A stretch of DNA of 64,000 nt, from the NCBI GenBank assembly GCA_010909165.1, contig VJWM01000063.1, forward strand, positions 1,302,001 to 1,366,000, read 5' to 3'. The stretch comes from Anthoceros angustus (taxonomy: Eukaryota > Plantae > Anthocerotophyta). Shown in pieces: positions 50,402-63,480 of this stretch (the stretch's first letter is position 1; every line of letters begins with the position of its first letter). Under the pieces are notes generated by a model that made no database searches, was not told where the DNA came from, and saw nothing but the letters and a program-made list of their open reading frames with translations. The position numbers were made by a program, and so were the translations under genes.

Positions 50402-51840
50402 CACTACAAGAATCGCAGGTGTTTTACAACGCATTTTACAACGTAATTTACAACCTCACGTTGTAAAAACGGGCATTTACACGTTTGTAAACTGACAGCT
50501 TAACTAGGTTGTAAAATGGATGACGTGGCAGGCAAGATTGCCACGTCATCAAGTTGCTGACGTGGCGCCGCCACCGACCGGACGGGTAAGTGTCCGTAGC
50601 CGTTTACAACGCATTTACAACCTCATTTACAACCTCATTTACAACGCTATTTACAACGTAATCTACAACAAGGAGCCATGTCATCAATCGCTGTTGTAAA
50701 TGGCCTCCAATCATATTTTTGTGATTAGTGATATTAATAAAGATTTTTAGAAAATAAAGAACAAATTTTGAGAAAAAGGCTTTACAACGTATTTTACAAT
50801 ATACGTTACAACCTCATTTACAACCTTCAAACACCCTTACTTTACAACGTCATTCACAACGTCATTTACAACGTCGTTTGCAACGTGGTTTACAACCTCA
50901 TTTACAACCTCATTTATAACCTCCTTTACAACCTCATTTACAACCACATTTACAACCTCATTTACAACCTCATTTACAACCTCATTTACAACCTCATTTA
51001 CAACCTCATTTACAACCTCAAAAATTCAAAATTTAAAATACCCCTCCCCGCCTCACATTTTGAAGAAAAATGCTTTACAACGTAATCTATAACAAGGGAA
51101 CAACGTCATCAATTGCTGTTGTAAATGGCCTCCTATCATATTTTTTGTGATTAATAACAATAATAAAGAGTTTAAAAAAAATAAAGAACACATTTTGAGA
51201 AAATTACTTTACAACGTAATCTACAACAAGGGAGCCATGTCATCAATCGCTGTTGTAAATGGCCTCCAATCATATTTTTGTGATTAATAATAATAATAAA
51301 GAGTTAGCAAAAAATAAAGAACACATTTTGAGAAAAATGTTTTACAACGTAATCTACAACAAGGAAGCCACGTAATCAATCGCTGTTGTAAATGGCCTCC
51401 AATCATATTTTTGTGATTAATAATAATAATAATAAAGAGTTTAGAAGAAATAATGAACAAATTTTGAGAAAAAGGCTTTTACAACGTAATCTACAATAAG
51501 GGAGCCATGTCATCGCATGCTGTTGTAAATGGCTTCCAATCATATTTTTGTGATTAGTGATATTAATAAAGATTTTTAGAAAAATAAAGATCAAATTTTG
51601 AAAAAAAAGGCTTTTACAACGTAATCTACAACGTGGGAGCCACGTTATCAATCCGTTGTTGTAAATGAGCACCCAAAAGAGTGCCACATCATCCAACTAG
51701 AAACCCCCGTTGTAAACCGAGTCTTAAAACTTGCCACATCAGCGAAACTTAAACCAATTTACAACGGAGGTGTTTAGACATTGTAAATATTGGGGGATTT
51801 GCAAAAGGGGTTTTGTAAAACACCCCTCTCCCTAGTAGTG
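50402..51840. mobile_element. Non-autonomous CACTA DNA transposon inserted in element A
   Basis: CACTACAAGAA... and ...CCTAGTAGTG ends; 3-bp TSD GTG (50399-50401, 51841-51843); dense TTTACAAC subterminal motifs in both orientations. Confidence 0.9.
50810..51670 (+). repeat. CACTA-internal tandem repeats: 12-bp TTTACAACCTCA array (about 50810-51020) and about five 120-bp units (about 51075-51670)
   Basis: Directly visible tandem arrays. Confidence 0.9.
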
Positions 51841-51843
51841 GTG

Positions 51844-54800
51844 AACGATGTGAAGAAACCCATGTGCAAATTGCTAACAGAGACGATGGCACAAAAGCTT
51901 CTGGAGATGCCATGTTTTAGCCTACAAGACATGAGCTGAGCATGAAGGAAGTCAGGGCTTTGACTCGGCGGATGTTGACAAACCTTGAAGACGAAGCAAG
52001 TGTCCACGATGTGCCACAGTAGGTTGACCTCCGAGCCACGCATCTCTGCGGAGAAGCGGAATGTTGCATGAGTGGGGGTGGCTTTGGTGCTCATATGAAT
52101 GCAAGTACTCACCTCGCGCGACAATGACCTGAACTGGTGACTGCAGGAATGAGCCGTGCAAAAGCGGTGGAGGATGGTGCAAGAGGACTAGTGTCCCATG
52201 AGCTAGAGAACAGTTGTAAGTTCTTGCCTAGGGTTGAGCCTGTTTGTGACCTTAACACCCAAGTGATCACATGGTGACCGTATCCACAAGGCCTTTCTTG
52301 CCCTTTCTGGATCAAGCGCAAGATTCTCATTAGGTCATAGAACAATGCTGTTCGTGGGTCCTTCAGACCCTGATCCATGCCTGCAAAGGAGAGTCCTTGA
52401 CACTCCCAACCTACGATGATGAGGTCCATTGGTTGCCAAAGACAGCTCAAATGGGACAACTCTATCATTCGAACATCCATCGGCAGTGCCTTCTAGTAAC
52501 CCTTCATTAACTCCCACGTCAGGAGGTTAGGGTACTCCCCCATCAAGTCCCTCACACGCTTCAATGACACAATCCTCGCTTTCGGATCTGGGTTTCAATG
52601 TACGTATCTTCATACTTTGATGCCACATTTCATTACTACTTCCAAGCCGGTACTGATGCCTCCAAAGAGTTCCACCAGCACTATGTCGTCTTCTCTATGA
52701 GTCAGCATGCGCATGCATGAGCGTGAAAAAGCAAGTCCAGGAGGACTTTGGCACGATCCGAGGAGCGTTGGGTCAAGAGCTGCTGTTGGATACAGCTCAA
52801 TTTGGTTCGAAGGCTCATAGGTTGAGGTCCATGTGGACTAACCTTGCTCCTTTGGAACATATGAAGTTAGTGTGGTCGTTCACCAAGCGACTTGATCTTG
52901 TTTTCAAGGATGTGCTAGCGTCGGGATGGCATGCCCAACAAGTCATCAAGATTGACAAGCTGCCGCACTTCCCTGTGAACACGCCTGGACACCCCATGGC
53001 GGCTTGGCCGACCTTTGTGTCTAAGTCCCAATCTTACGCCTTCAAGAACCATGGCCCTAACAATGTGGTGGAGGGATGGCGAGGCCTTGGAAAAGCCACC
53101 AGCCATAGAGAGGGAGTTGGCTATGGGATTTGTTGCCGTGAGTGACCGAGAAGGAACGGTGTCGATTGCTTGGGCAAGCATTTGACATGAACATGATGAC
53201 CTGGTTGTCCAATACTGGAGTCGCTTACCTACTTCGAAACCAGAAGAAGGCGTGGTTGAAGTAGCGGGTTTGGTTGGCGAAGGACATTCCACCACTTGCA
53301 TCTCAAGAGGAGAACACGAGTTTGGAGGGCAAGGAGAGTGAGTGCATAGAGGAAGCGTGTAAGCCATCTGAGCCAAGGCCACATGAGCGGTTGACAGGCA
53401 TCGAGTTGAAGAGCAATTAATGGCATCAGCTAAAGGAGCTGTTGGGGGCATCGCAACATGTGTTTGCTTTCATACTTGCGGATATGGGGAAGTACACCAA
53501 GGGGAAGTTCCACATAGAATCCCGACCCGCGGAGAACCGTGTTCCGAGGAAACGCGGCTTCAGCAAATGAGTAGGTTGAGAATCGATGCCAAGAGCTTCT
53601 CAAGCTAGGGCTGATTCAACGATCTAACTCGTAGTATGCAGCTGCGACAGTGCTTCCAAAAACAAAGGATGAGAGTGACTTGTGGACGAAGAGGAGAATG
53701 TGTGGTGACTGTAGCCCGTTGAACGAGTGAATCCCAAATGACCATTGTCCCATGCCGACAGCCGAAGAGATCTTCGATACCATTGGGTTTGCCAAGTTCT
53801 TCTCAACATTGGACTTGAGGCTAGGGTTTCACCAAGTGGAGATCGCCGAAGAAGACAAGAAGAAAACGACATTCTGGGGCAGAGATTGCCTATAGAGGGG
53901 AACTACATGCCATTTAAGTTGAAGACATCGCCAATGTAGTTCCAAAGGTACATGGGCAATGAGCTCAAAGACTTGCCTTTCACCAAGTGCTACATTAATG
54001 ATGTCATCATCTTCAACAATACCTTTGAGGAGCATCTACAACATCTTCGGGCAATCTTTGCTAGACTGGCTGTCTGTGGGTTTATGGCCCATATAGGGAA
54101 GTGTCGATTTGCTGAGGACAAAGTGTTAATTTTATTTGGGTTATTGGATCATGCTTGACGGGATCTCGCCGCATGTCGCCAAGATGGAGGCAATTGCGTG
54201 CATTCCCAGGCCAAATGACATCTTGCACAGCCATTGAATGACGTGTTGAAGAAGTTTGGTGACTTGGCGTTGGACTTACGAGGTGGAGTCAGCTTTCATG
54301 GAGTTGAAGGGTAGACCCATGAGCTTGTCAATTCTTGGTCATCCAGACTTCAGTAAGCTATTCGTACTTTACACTGATTGGAGCAAGTACGACATAAGGG
54401 CAGTCTTGGCACAGATTAATGACAAGGAAGAGGAACATGTCATTGCTTACGCAAATCGGAGCAACAACCAGGTGGAGTCCAATTACTCTGCCTATGAGGG
54501 AGAATGTCTTGCAGCGTTGTGGGCAGTCGGACACTTTCGTCCGTACTTGTTTGAATATCAGTTTCAACTGATTATCAACCATCAACCCCTGCATTGGTTA
54601 AGATGGCGAACGCCAAGCTTACAAGAAAGTTGGCGAGGTGGGCTCTCATTCTCAAGAAGTATGACTTTGCCATCGAACACCGGGCAGGTAGAATTCACTC
54701 TAATGCTGACGGGTTGTCAAGGAATCCTTTACCTCGTAACGAAGATGGGTGGAGTATGAATCTCATGCCAGACATGCCGGAGATGCGTATTGGAAACAAG

Positions 54801-55790
54801 CATGTCATGCTAATAGTGGAGCATTTCAGCGAGTAGTGCAAGGTTGCCATCTTACCCAAACGTGACTCTCGGCTTACCAGTAATGCATTCTTGGCTTCCA
54901 TCCTTAGTCAGTATGGAGCATGTGCAGAGGTTCTCACTGACCAAGGCAAAGAATTCCGTGGGGAATTTCAGGACTTGCTTGACAAGAGCTTGATTGATCA
55001 TCGAGGTCGTCGAAAGATCATCCTCAAGCCGATGGACTTGCTGAATGCTTGGTGTAGATCCTCAAGTGAGCCTTGCAGAAGTATTGTCTCATGAATGACC
55101 CGAAGACATGGGACGAAGGGATGCATACCTAGTGCTAGTGTATAGGGTGAGCAATTAAGCAGCCTTGAGCAACTTTTCGCCAAACTATTTGTTGTATGGG
55201 CGACAACCATTTTTGCCAAAAGTGAGGCAAGCAAGGCTACAAGCACCAGTGGATTGGCGCAATCCGGATGATTGCCTACATGACCAGGAAAGGCGAGCAG
55301 AGCTTTTCAGACAGATCATGCCTATGGTACTGGAGAACCTTGCCATAGGGCAACAAAGGGATCAACTGCGCCATGCTTACACAAGAGGAGGGACATGGAA
55401 ACCCAAGGTGCGCAAGTTTGCAGCTGGAGACTATGTCGACCTGAATCGGAAGCCAGCCAACACCTTGGATGTATCCACCTGCAAAGTCATCCAGCGGGTC
55501 GTGCGAGTAGGCAAAGAAGGAGTGCTTGAGCTTGAAGGATCCGATGGTTGAAGATGCAAGGATCACCTCAAGAACTGCGCACTATGCCACTTACCCAATT
55601 TGGACCCTCAACTGTGGCCTACAGTATGGCGTCCACCCAAAGACTTGGAGAGTCAGGTTTGTGGACGTACTGATGATGATGTGATGCTTCTTTGTAATCG
55701 CTGCAATAGGGGATACCATATGTTTTGTGTTCAACCTCCTCTGGACGACATTCCCGAAGAAGATTGGCTTTGTCCACAATGCACTACATG
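51844..55790 (+). pseudogene. Remainder of old element A: PR remnant, MTase, RT, RH, INT and PHD, all decayed
   Basis: YINDVIIF (RT), LYTDWS...YEGECLAALWAVGHFRPYL (RH), VLTDQGKEFRGEF (INT) and [33 protein letters not shown] (PHD). Many stop codons. Confidence 0.88.
52280..52708 (-). pseudogene. Inverted N-terminal half (motifs I-V) of the element A methyltransferase
   Basis: The minus strand reads IVLVELFGGISTGLEV...DLIIVGWECQGLSFAG..GLKDPRTALFYDLMRIL. The C-terminal half (LLLDTAQFGSKAHRLRSMWTNL) continues on the plus strand from about 52717. Confidence 0.88.
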
Positions 55791-58030
55791 AGGTGCGTAC
55801 GTGTGTAGTCCTACTAATGATAATGTTTGACTTGGAGTCTCACATTATCAAGGGATTGTTTGCACCTATACCTGCGTATTAGATTTGTTTTGATTGGTTG
55901 TCTATTGAGGAAGTGCTCATTTGTGCACTTGGGTTTAGTGTTTAATTAGTATTAATAATCTAATTACTTATCTTCAAGTAAGTAATTAGTATTAATTAAT
56001 CTAAAACACTTATGTTAATTACAAGTTGATTAATGTTAATTAAACATGATTAACAATAGCTAAGTGGATAAGCACAAGTAATATGCACAAGCTAAGTGGA
56101 TATGCACAATATGCACAAGCTAAATGGATATGCACAAGTAATATGTATTTAGGACATTCACGGCATATGTCGATGCCAATAAGATATCTTAGGAATATGC
56201 CGATGCTAAGGGTAGTATATATAGACCCTTCATAGAGGACAAGCTCGGATTATAGCTTGTCCTCTAGATATGTGTAATGCAAGAGTGTTGTGAGGAGACC
56301 AAAGCTATGACTCTAAGAGCGATGTGAGGAATTTGAGTGTTATTCTCGTGGGAGAGTGTGTTTGTGCCACGGCAAGAGCTCTCCTAGTGTTATTGGTTTG
56401 CACCTGGTTTGCATATTAGATTTGTTTTGCTTGGTTGTACATTGAAGAAGTGCTTACCTCGACTTGCCCATAATCATATCTCGATTAGCCCCATGAGACA
56501 TCCCTAATGACACACTCACAATTGATCCTCAACATAATCCCGACTTGTCGCTCTCACACGTAAAACTCACATTATCAAAGGGATTGTTTTGCATACCTAG
56601 TGCTAGTGTATAGGGTGAGCAATTAAAGCACCTTGAGCAACTTTTCGCCAAACTATTTGTTGTATGGGCGACAACCATTTTGCCAAAAGTGAGGCAAGCA
56701 AGGCCAACACCGGTGGATTGGCGCAATCGGATGATTGCCTACATGACCCGTGAAAGGCGGCGAGCTTTTGCATCATGCCTATGGTATCGAGAACCTTGCC
56801 ATAGGGCAACAAAGGGATCAAGCTGCGCCATGCTTACACAAGAGGAGGACATGGAAACCCAAGGTGCGCAAGTTTGCATGGAGACTATGTCGACCGAATC
56901 TAAGCCGCCCAACACCTTGGATGTATCCACAAAAGTCATCCGGCAGGTCGTGCAGTAGGCAAAGAAGGAGTGCTTGAGCTTGAAGGATCCGATGGTTGAA
57001 GATGCAAGGATCACCTCAAGAAGCTGCGCATCATGCCACTTACCCAATTTGGACCTCAACTGTGGGCCTCTGATATGGCGTCCACCCAAAGACTTGGAGA
57101 GTCGGGTTTGTGGACGATCGATGATGATGTGATGCTTCTTTATCACCGCATAGGGGATACCATATGTTTTGTGTTCAACCTCCTCTGGACGACATTCCCG
57201 AAGAAGATTGGCTTTGTCCACAATGCACTACATGAGGTGCGTGTAGTCCTACTAATGATAATGTTTGACTTGGAGTCTCACATTATCAAAGGGATTGTTT
57301 TGCACCTATACCGTATTAGATTTGTTTTGATTGGTTGTCTATTGAGGAAGTGCTCATTTGTGCACTTGGGTTTAGTGTTTAATTAGTATTAATAATCTAA
57401 TTACTTATCTTCAAGTAAGTAATTAGTATTAATTAATCTAAAACACTTATGTTAATTACAAGTTGATTAATGTTAATTAAACATGATTAACAATAGCTAA
57501 GTGGATAAGCACAAGTAATATGCACAAGCTAAGTGGATATGCACAAGTAATATGCACAAGCTAAATGGATATGCACAAGTAATATTACAGTGTATTTCTA
57601 GGACATTCCTGGCATATGCTGATGCCAATAAGATATCTTAGGAATATGCCGATGCTAAGGGGTAGTATATATAGACCCTTTCATAGAGGACAAGCTCAGA
57701 TTATAGCTTGTCCTCTAGATATGTAATGCAAGAGTGTTGTGAGGAGACCAAAGCTATGACTCTAAGAGCGATGTGAGGAATTTGAGTGTTATTCTCGTGG
57801 GGAGAGTGTGTTTGTGCCACGACGTGCGAGCTCTCCTAGTGTTATTGGTTTGCACCTATATTTGCATATTAGATTTGTTTTGCTTGGTTGTCTGTTGAAG
57901 AAGTGCTTACCTCGTGCGACACTGCCCATAACTGTATCTACGATTAGCCGCAGACATCCCTAATGACACACTCACAATTGATCCTCAACATAATCCCCTG
58001 ACTTGTCGCTCTCACACAGAAAACTCACAC
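55135..58030 (+). repeat. About 1.45-kb tandem duplication of the element A INT/PHD end and AT-rich LTR-like 3' region (about 55135-56570 / 56590-58030)
   Basis: Colinear copies differing mainly by indels. They contain TATATATA and a 13-bp-stem hairpin TAGAGGACAAGCT...AGCTTGTCCTCTA. Confidence 0.8.
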
Positions 58031-60158
58031 ATTATCCTTCGTGTGAACAGCTGGTCATTCCAAATTTCATTCCTGCCCTTCATAGGTCTTTGAAGTTATG
58101 TAGCCCATTTTTGAGCCAAGTGATTTATCCTCATAGGATTAAGAGTAGCCTATAGTCGTCTCCCTTCTCTCCCTCTAAAAATTGGCTTGAATTTGCAGTC
58201 AGGTAAATCTTTGAAAGACTTCTTGCAACTTGGATTTGCATTACGGTAAATCTTCCAAAGACTTCTCACAAAAAAGAAAATCTTCGAAAGACTTCTCCCG
58301 GGTAGGTAACCTAGTCGCAGCTCATTCTAACGAATTTTATCTTCATTTCGGGATAAGGAAGCACTAGATAGCCCCCTTCCCTTCAAGCTAATAGGGACTA
58401 CCTAGTCCAAATGGCTTAGGCCAAATGGACACACATTTATAAGAACGCCGTGATTAAGCATCCTGAGCTTGGATTGGTACTTAGATGGGGTGCCTAAAGG
58501 GAGTGGATGCCCTTGGTGCAAGTAGCTTAGGCACACCATGGTACAAGTTGTTGAGTACCAAGTCCCATGACGGAAATCCGTCCTCAATGGACTTAAATAA
58601 AATTCTTCGTCTTCTAGTCGCAGCTGTTTCAAGGGGTACATATATCGTCTCATATTATGTACCCAAAAGGCAGAAGTGCAACAAGTTGATTAGAGTATCC
58701 CAGGAAAGGCGAACACGGCAAGCGCTCTTCTCGATCACGTATACTAGGCAGGGGACAGCAGTTTTCTCTTCCGTTGCCAATCGTGGCCAGTAAGTACGAA
58801 GATAGCTTCAGTGCAAGATGGAAGCGCGGAGCATCTACGGTTGCACGGAATTGTCATGCCTTAGGGGACTCGGAGGAGAAGCAGGACCAAGCGGAGTATC
58901 TTTCTGCGCCAGCACGGTAATCCTTGCTGTGGAAGGTAGTTCGGCAGGGATGCGGGACTTCTTTGGATTAGGGAAGAGCAGGGAGGCGGTCACAGCAGGG
59001 TTCGTGTGCTACCTCGCCTTGCTCAGGGCACTCCATTCTAGCCGCCGGTGAGGACATGGCTTCCAGCTTCCAGTAATTCACTGAACGCCAGGCAAGACAT
59101 CTTCCATCGGTTACCAAATCCATGACCTGCCACACAGAAAAACCGCTCACTAGTACTCTTCTCCTTCCTCACACCCCTAGTACATCCGCCGGAATGATGT
59201 GCTCCAAAACCCGAACCGTGCCTCGAAAAGCATCTCATTGGGAAGGGGTATCCTTCCTTCCAACACAGTACCGGGATGTTCGGGATCCAGCAGCAGTGGC
59301 GTGAGCGTGAAACGTCCGTTCCATGAATCTGCATCGGTGCATCCACCCAAAAGGCGCCATTGTTTTGTTGTGACCCTAAACGCACAAAGCAAGCGCAAGT
59401 GCGGTGCTTAGGTAGTGGGTTGGTGGTGGGCTCTTAATTTAGCGTTGGGGCCCGGCCCCGGCGGCGTGGGCAAGCATGGCACGCACTTGCAGCCTTACAA
59501 CACCCAAAGGCCGAGCCATTCTATGTGCTACGCATGTACATGGGCCATGTCAAGGGGCGTCCTGAGGTGTATGCACATCCATGCACATATCCATCTATAC
59601 TATCTCCCGCCCACAGAACACACAAGGAGCCGTTTATGTGGATACATGGACATTGGGCCATGTCAAGGGGCAGGGGCATCGGAGGTTGCGCCATGTGGGC
59701 GCCGCAAAAGCCTCCTTGCCATGGCGCCAACGTGGAAAAACCAGGCTTGTGAGTCGACTCAGCCGGAAGGGGATAAGTGAAGCGCCGGGCCATGCGAGCC
59801 TTGCTTTGCTCTCCTCTTATCCCGCATCGTCTCCTCCCGTTCCCGTCCCTGCGTCTTCTGCATGCGGCGAGGGAAAGAGCTCGAGGCGGAGCTTGGAGCG
59901 TGAAGCTGGGAAGAAGAAGGTGTGAAGGAAGCGGGTCGTGAAGCTCGACGGATTTGCTGCATGCGATCTCGGGACGGCGCGATTCGGGAGAGCAGCGCTG
60001 GATTTCGCGGTGGGAACGCGGCTCACTCCGCTGTCACGGTGGGGGCATGCGGAATCGAGGGGGCCCTGGGTGAGCGGGATCTGGCATGCGGGAGTGGGGG
60101 GATCGGGCGCCACATCGGGCTTGTTGGAGTCATCGACGCGGCTGCTCTTCGGGCGGCA

Positions 60159-60159
60159 T

Positions 60160-60189
<30 letters not shown>
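60159..60189 (+). repeat. (CAG)10 microsatellite; poly-Gln in the HPPD-upstream frame
   Basis: Directly visible. Confidence 0.9.
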
Positions 60190-60190
<1 letters not shown>

Positions 60191-60369
60191 TCCCCGTCGG
60201 GGGAGCTGTCAGGTCGTCCAGGCTGGGGACCTTTGCGGGGTGGGTGGGGAGCAGCATAGCGGCGGCGTTCTTCAGCTCCCTGGAGCGATCGTCATGCCTG
60301 GCGCTCTCCACCACCGACAGTGACGGGGAGGAGGAGCTGCTGCCGACGCACCACCGGGGGGTGCTGATC

Positions 60370-61790
60370 ATGGACGGGGAGCGGGACAGGGATCGGGATC
60401 TGCCGGAGGCCGTGCCGGCGGTGAGCGGGGACGGGATGGACCTGATAGGGTTCGAGCGCTTCCAGCGGCACAACCCCATGACGGATCTGTTCAAGGTGCT
60501 GCGCTTCCACCATGTGGAGTTCTGGTGCGGGGACGCCACCAACACCTGGAGGAGGTTCGGGTGGGGTCTGGGGATGCATCTCGTGGCCAAGTCCGATCAG
60601 ACCACGGGCAACCAGACGTACTGCAGCTACGTCCTCCGGAGCAACCAGCTGGTGATGGCGTTTTCCGCACCCTACTCCTCCAAGGTGGACCAGAGCGGGA
60701 GCCGGCTCCCGCATCCGGGGTACGACAGCCAGGACGCCAGGCGGTTCAACGTGGCGCACGGGCTTGCGGTGCGGGCGGTGGGGATTCTGGTGGAGGATGC
60801 GGCAGAGGCGTTTCTGCGGAGCGTGGAGAACGGGGCGGTGCCGGTGCTGGAGCCGCAGGAGCTGGTGGACGCGGCGTCCAGGAAGAGGATGGTGATGGCG
60901 GAGGTGAAGCTGTACGGGGACGTGGTGCTGCGGTATGTGAGCACGCCGGACGGGTTTGCTGGGCCCTTTTTGCCCAATTACGAGGCGGTGGAGTCGCTGC
61001 CGCTCACCTACGGGCTGCGGGCGGTGGATCATGCTGTGGGGAATGTGCCTAGCCTGCTCAAGGCCGTCAAGTACATCTCATCTTTTACTGGATTCCACGA
61101 GTTTGCGGAATTCACAGCAGAGGATGTGGGGACGGCTGACAGCGGGCTCAACAGCATGGTGCTGGCCAGCAACAATGAGTGCGTGCTGCTGCCCTTGAAC
61201 GAGCCTACCTATGGCACCAAGCGCAAGTCGCAGATCCAGACCTACTTGGAGCACAATGAGGGCCCCGGGTTGCAGCACCTTGCCCTCATTTGTGATGACA
61301 TTTTCTCCACACTGAAGGAGATGCAGATGCGGTCTGCTGTTGGCGGGTTCGAGTTCATGCCCAAGCCGCCCTCAACTTACTACAGGAACCTTCCCAGGAG
61401 AGTTGGGAACCTGCTGTCCGCCAAGCAGATTAAAGAGTGCGAGGAGCTGGGTATTCTGGTGGACAAGGATGATCAGGGCATTTTGCTGCAGATTTTCACC
61501 AAACCTCTTGGGGACAGGTGCTCTTTTTCTTCCTCTTATGCTCTTCCTGGAATGCTAAGGGATGTGATGTACTGAGGGATGTGGGGATGATGTGTGTGTT
61601 TGTTGTGTGCCTGAGCAGGCCCACTGTGTTCATCGAGATCATCCAGCGGATCGGGTGCATGGCTCGAGATGAGGGAGGCAAGGTGTTTCAGAAGGCTGGT
61701 TGTGGTGGTTTCGGGAAAGGCAACTTCTCTGCACTCTTCAAATCCATTGAGGAGTATGAGAAGACGCTTGATGGCACGCTGAAGAAGTAG
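60370..61790 (+). CDS. HPPD: 4-hydroxyphenylpyruvate dioxygenase; exons 60370(or 60436)-61517 and 61619-61790
   Basis: FHHVEFWCGDA, DHAVGNV, GPGLQHLAL, LLQIFTKPLGDR|PTVFIEIIQR and GCGGFGKGNFSALF; one GT-AG intron. The start codon is uncertain. Confidence 0.95.
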
Positions 61791-61940
61791 ATAGCTTGAG
61801 TTGCAACTGTATATGTAAATTATGGAGAAAACAACTGCTTGGTAGGTGAACCTGGAGGACGCAATCCTACCCATTTTTGCACACCCCGGGAGGGTCTCTA
61901 CTACCTCTTGCTGCTCTCAAGACGATCCTGTTGATAAGAT

Positions 61941-63011
61941 TCAGTTTTACTAGGTACCTCCATAGCAGCTAGGATGTGGCTATATTGCTACCACCAGCAT
62001 CCAGCTGACCCTCTCTGGCAATGCCACTTGTGTCAAGGACAAGGCATCTGTTGGGATCCAATACACCTGTACCGTGGTTCGCTCCTCGGTCCCGTGTAGC
62101 TTGTGACAGTGGACAGAGACAGGACAGGACAGAAGCGGGGGAACGGGCGAAAGTGGTCTCCAGTGGTTCCCCGTTGGTTTGGCTTTGGTCAGTTACACAT
62201 TCAGCGAAGGAGAACATGCATCCGCTACTTTGATTTCTTCTTGACGAATTCCAGCCCTACGCTGAAACGTTGTAAATCATCTACTTGCGTCCGGTTCCGA
62301 TGCACTGACCCTAAACTCTCTTGTGCACAGGCAGGCAGGCCCTGGACTTGCCTGGGCCCTGGCCTGGTTTGGGGGCTGCCACAGTTTGATGTGTATAGAG
62401 TTTGTGCACAGTTTAAAACGTGTTGCTATGCTTGTCCGAGGTGGTGAAAATTGGATATGCTGGGTTGCTTGATAAAAAATCCCCACGCCTCCAAGCAAAG
62501 GATTGGTGGGTTAGCAGTTCTGGTATGATTCAGAACAAGGAGTTTTCTGGCCCCTAGCTGAGCTGTTCAGCTGGAATGATTTGTGAGGAAAGTGGGGTTT
62601 AATGGACCAAGGCTCAGGCAGTGCTGCCTGTGTAGACAAGGTCCTTGTGCTAGGATCACGAGGGGGGTTTAGGGCCAATGCACCTCCACTGTATTGGCAC
62701 GGGTGGCAAGGGAGAAAATTTACAAAGTTTCAACATAGGATTGGAATTCATCAGGTTCTTGAGAAAAAAAACGCGGAATGCGGATGCATATCCTCCTTTC
62801 CTTTGGTGGCACTTAGTCCTGTTCTGTCCTGTCCTGTCTCTGTGTCTGACTCTGTCCGCTGTCACAGGCTAAATGCGACCGAAGAGCGGACCACGGTACA
62901 CGGTACCTGATCTCAACAGATGCCTTCTGCTTGACACAAGTGGCATTGCCAGAGACGTCGAAGCTGGTGATGGGCAAGTCCTAGCTGCTACGGGACCCTT
63001 AGTGAAACTGA
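61941..63011. repeat. About 1.07-kb diverged fold-back with arms at about 61941-62365 and 62600-63011; possible long-TIR non-autonomous DNA transposon
   Basis: TCTCTGGCAATGCCACTTGTGTCAAG versus CTTGACACAAGTGGCATTGCCAGAGA, plus several further mirrored blocks. No clear TSD. Confidence 0.8.
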
Positions 63012-63480
63012 GTCCAACCGACTGCCCCTTCACCAGCTTCTTCTGTTTGGCACATGGATGCTTAGTGCCCCCCTCCCCAAAGTCATGCAGATTAGTGTCC
63101 GGAGGTCGATCGAGTAGCACTGGAGGGAGGTGATTGTGCCAGGCTAAGAGTAAACTAGAATTTGATATTTAGTCTCGATTTCCTGTGAAAAAAAGAAAAG
63201 CATACAAGATCATGTATAGGTAGGTAACTCAAAAGACATCTCGGGCCAATTCAGGCCTTATCCCCAAGGGTGGTTAGGGGAATTCAGGCCACGACCCCTT
63301 CCTGCCAATTTGCGGTTGCTGACTAAGGTACTCTATCAGGGGCAGGATATACGTATGAGGTGCAATGAGGTGGGGCTCGTTTCACCTCTTACCTCAATTC
63401 AATCCCTTCCCCTCGCAGGCTCCAGATGAACTAAATATGGAGTCCTACATAAAAGAATGTCCTACTCCGAAATCTTGGAG

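Noticed and set aside
50768-51085. 105-aa (YNLI)n repeat protein
   Set aside because: It is a translation of the 12-bp CACTA subterminal tandem repeat.
58400-59900. Short ORFs upstream of HPPD
   Set aside because: No recognisable domain or coherent exon structure.
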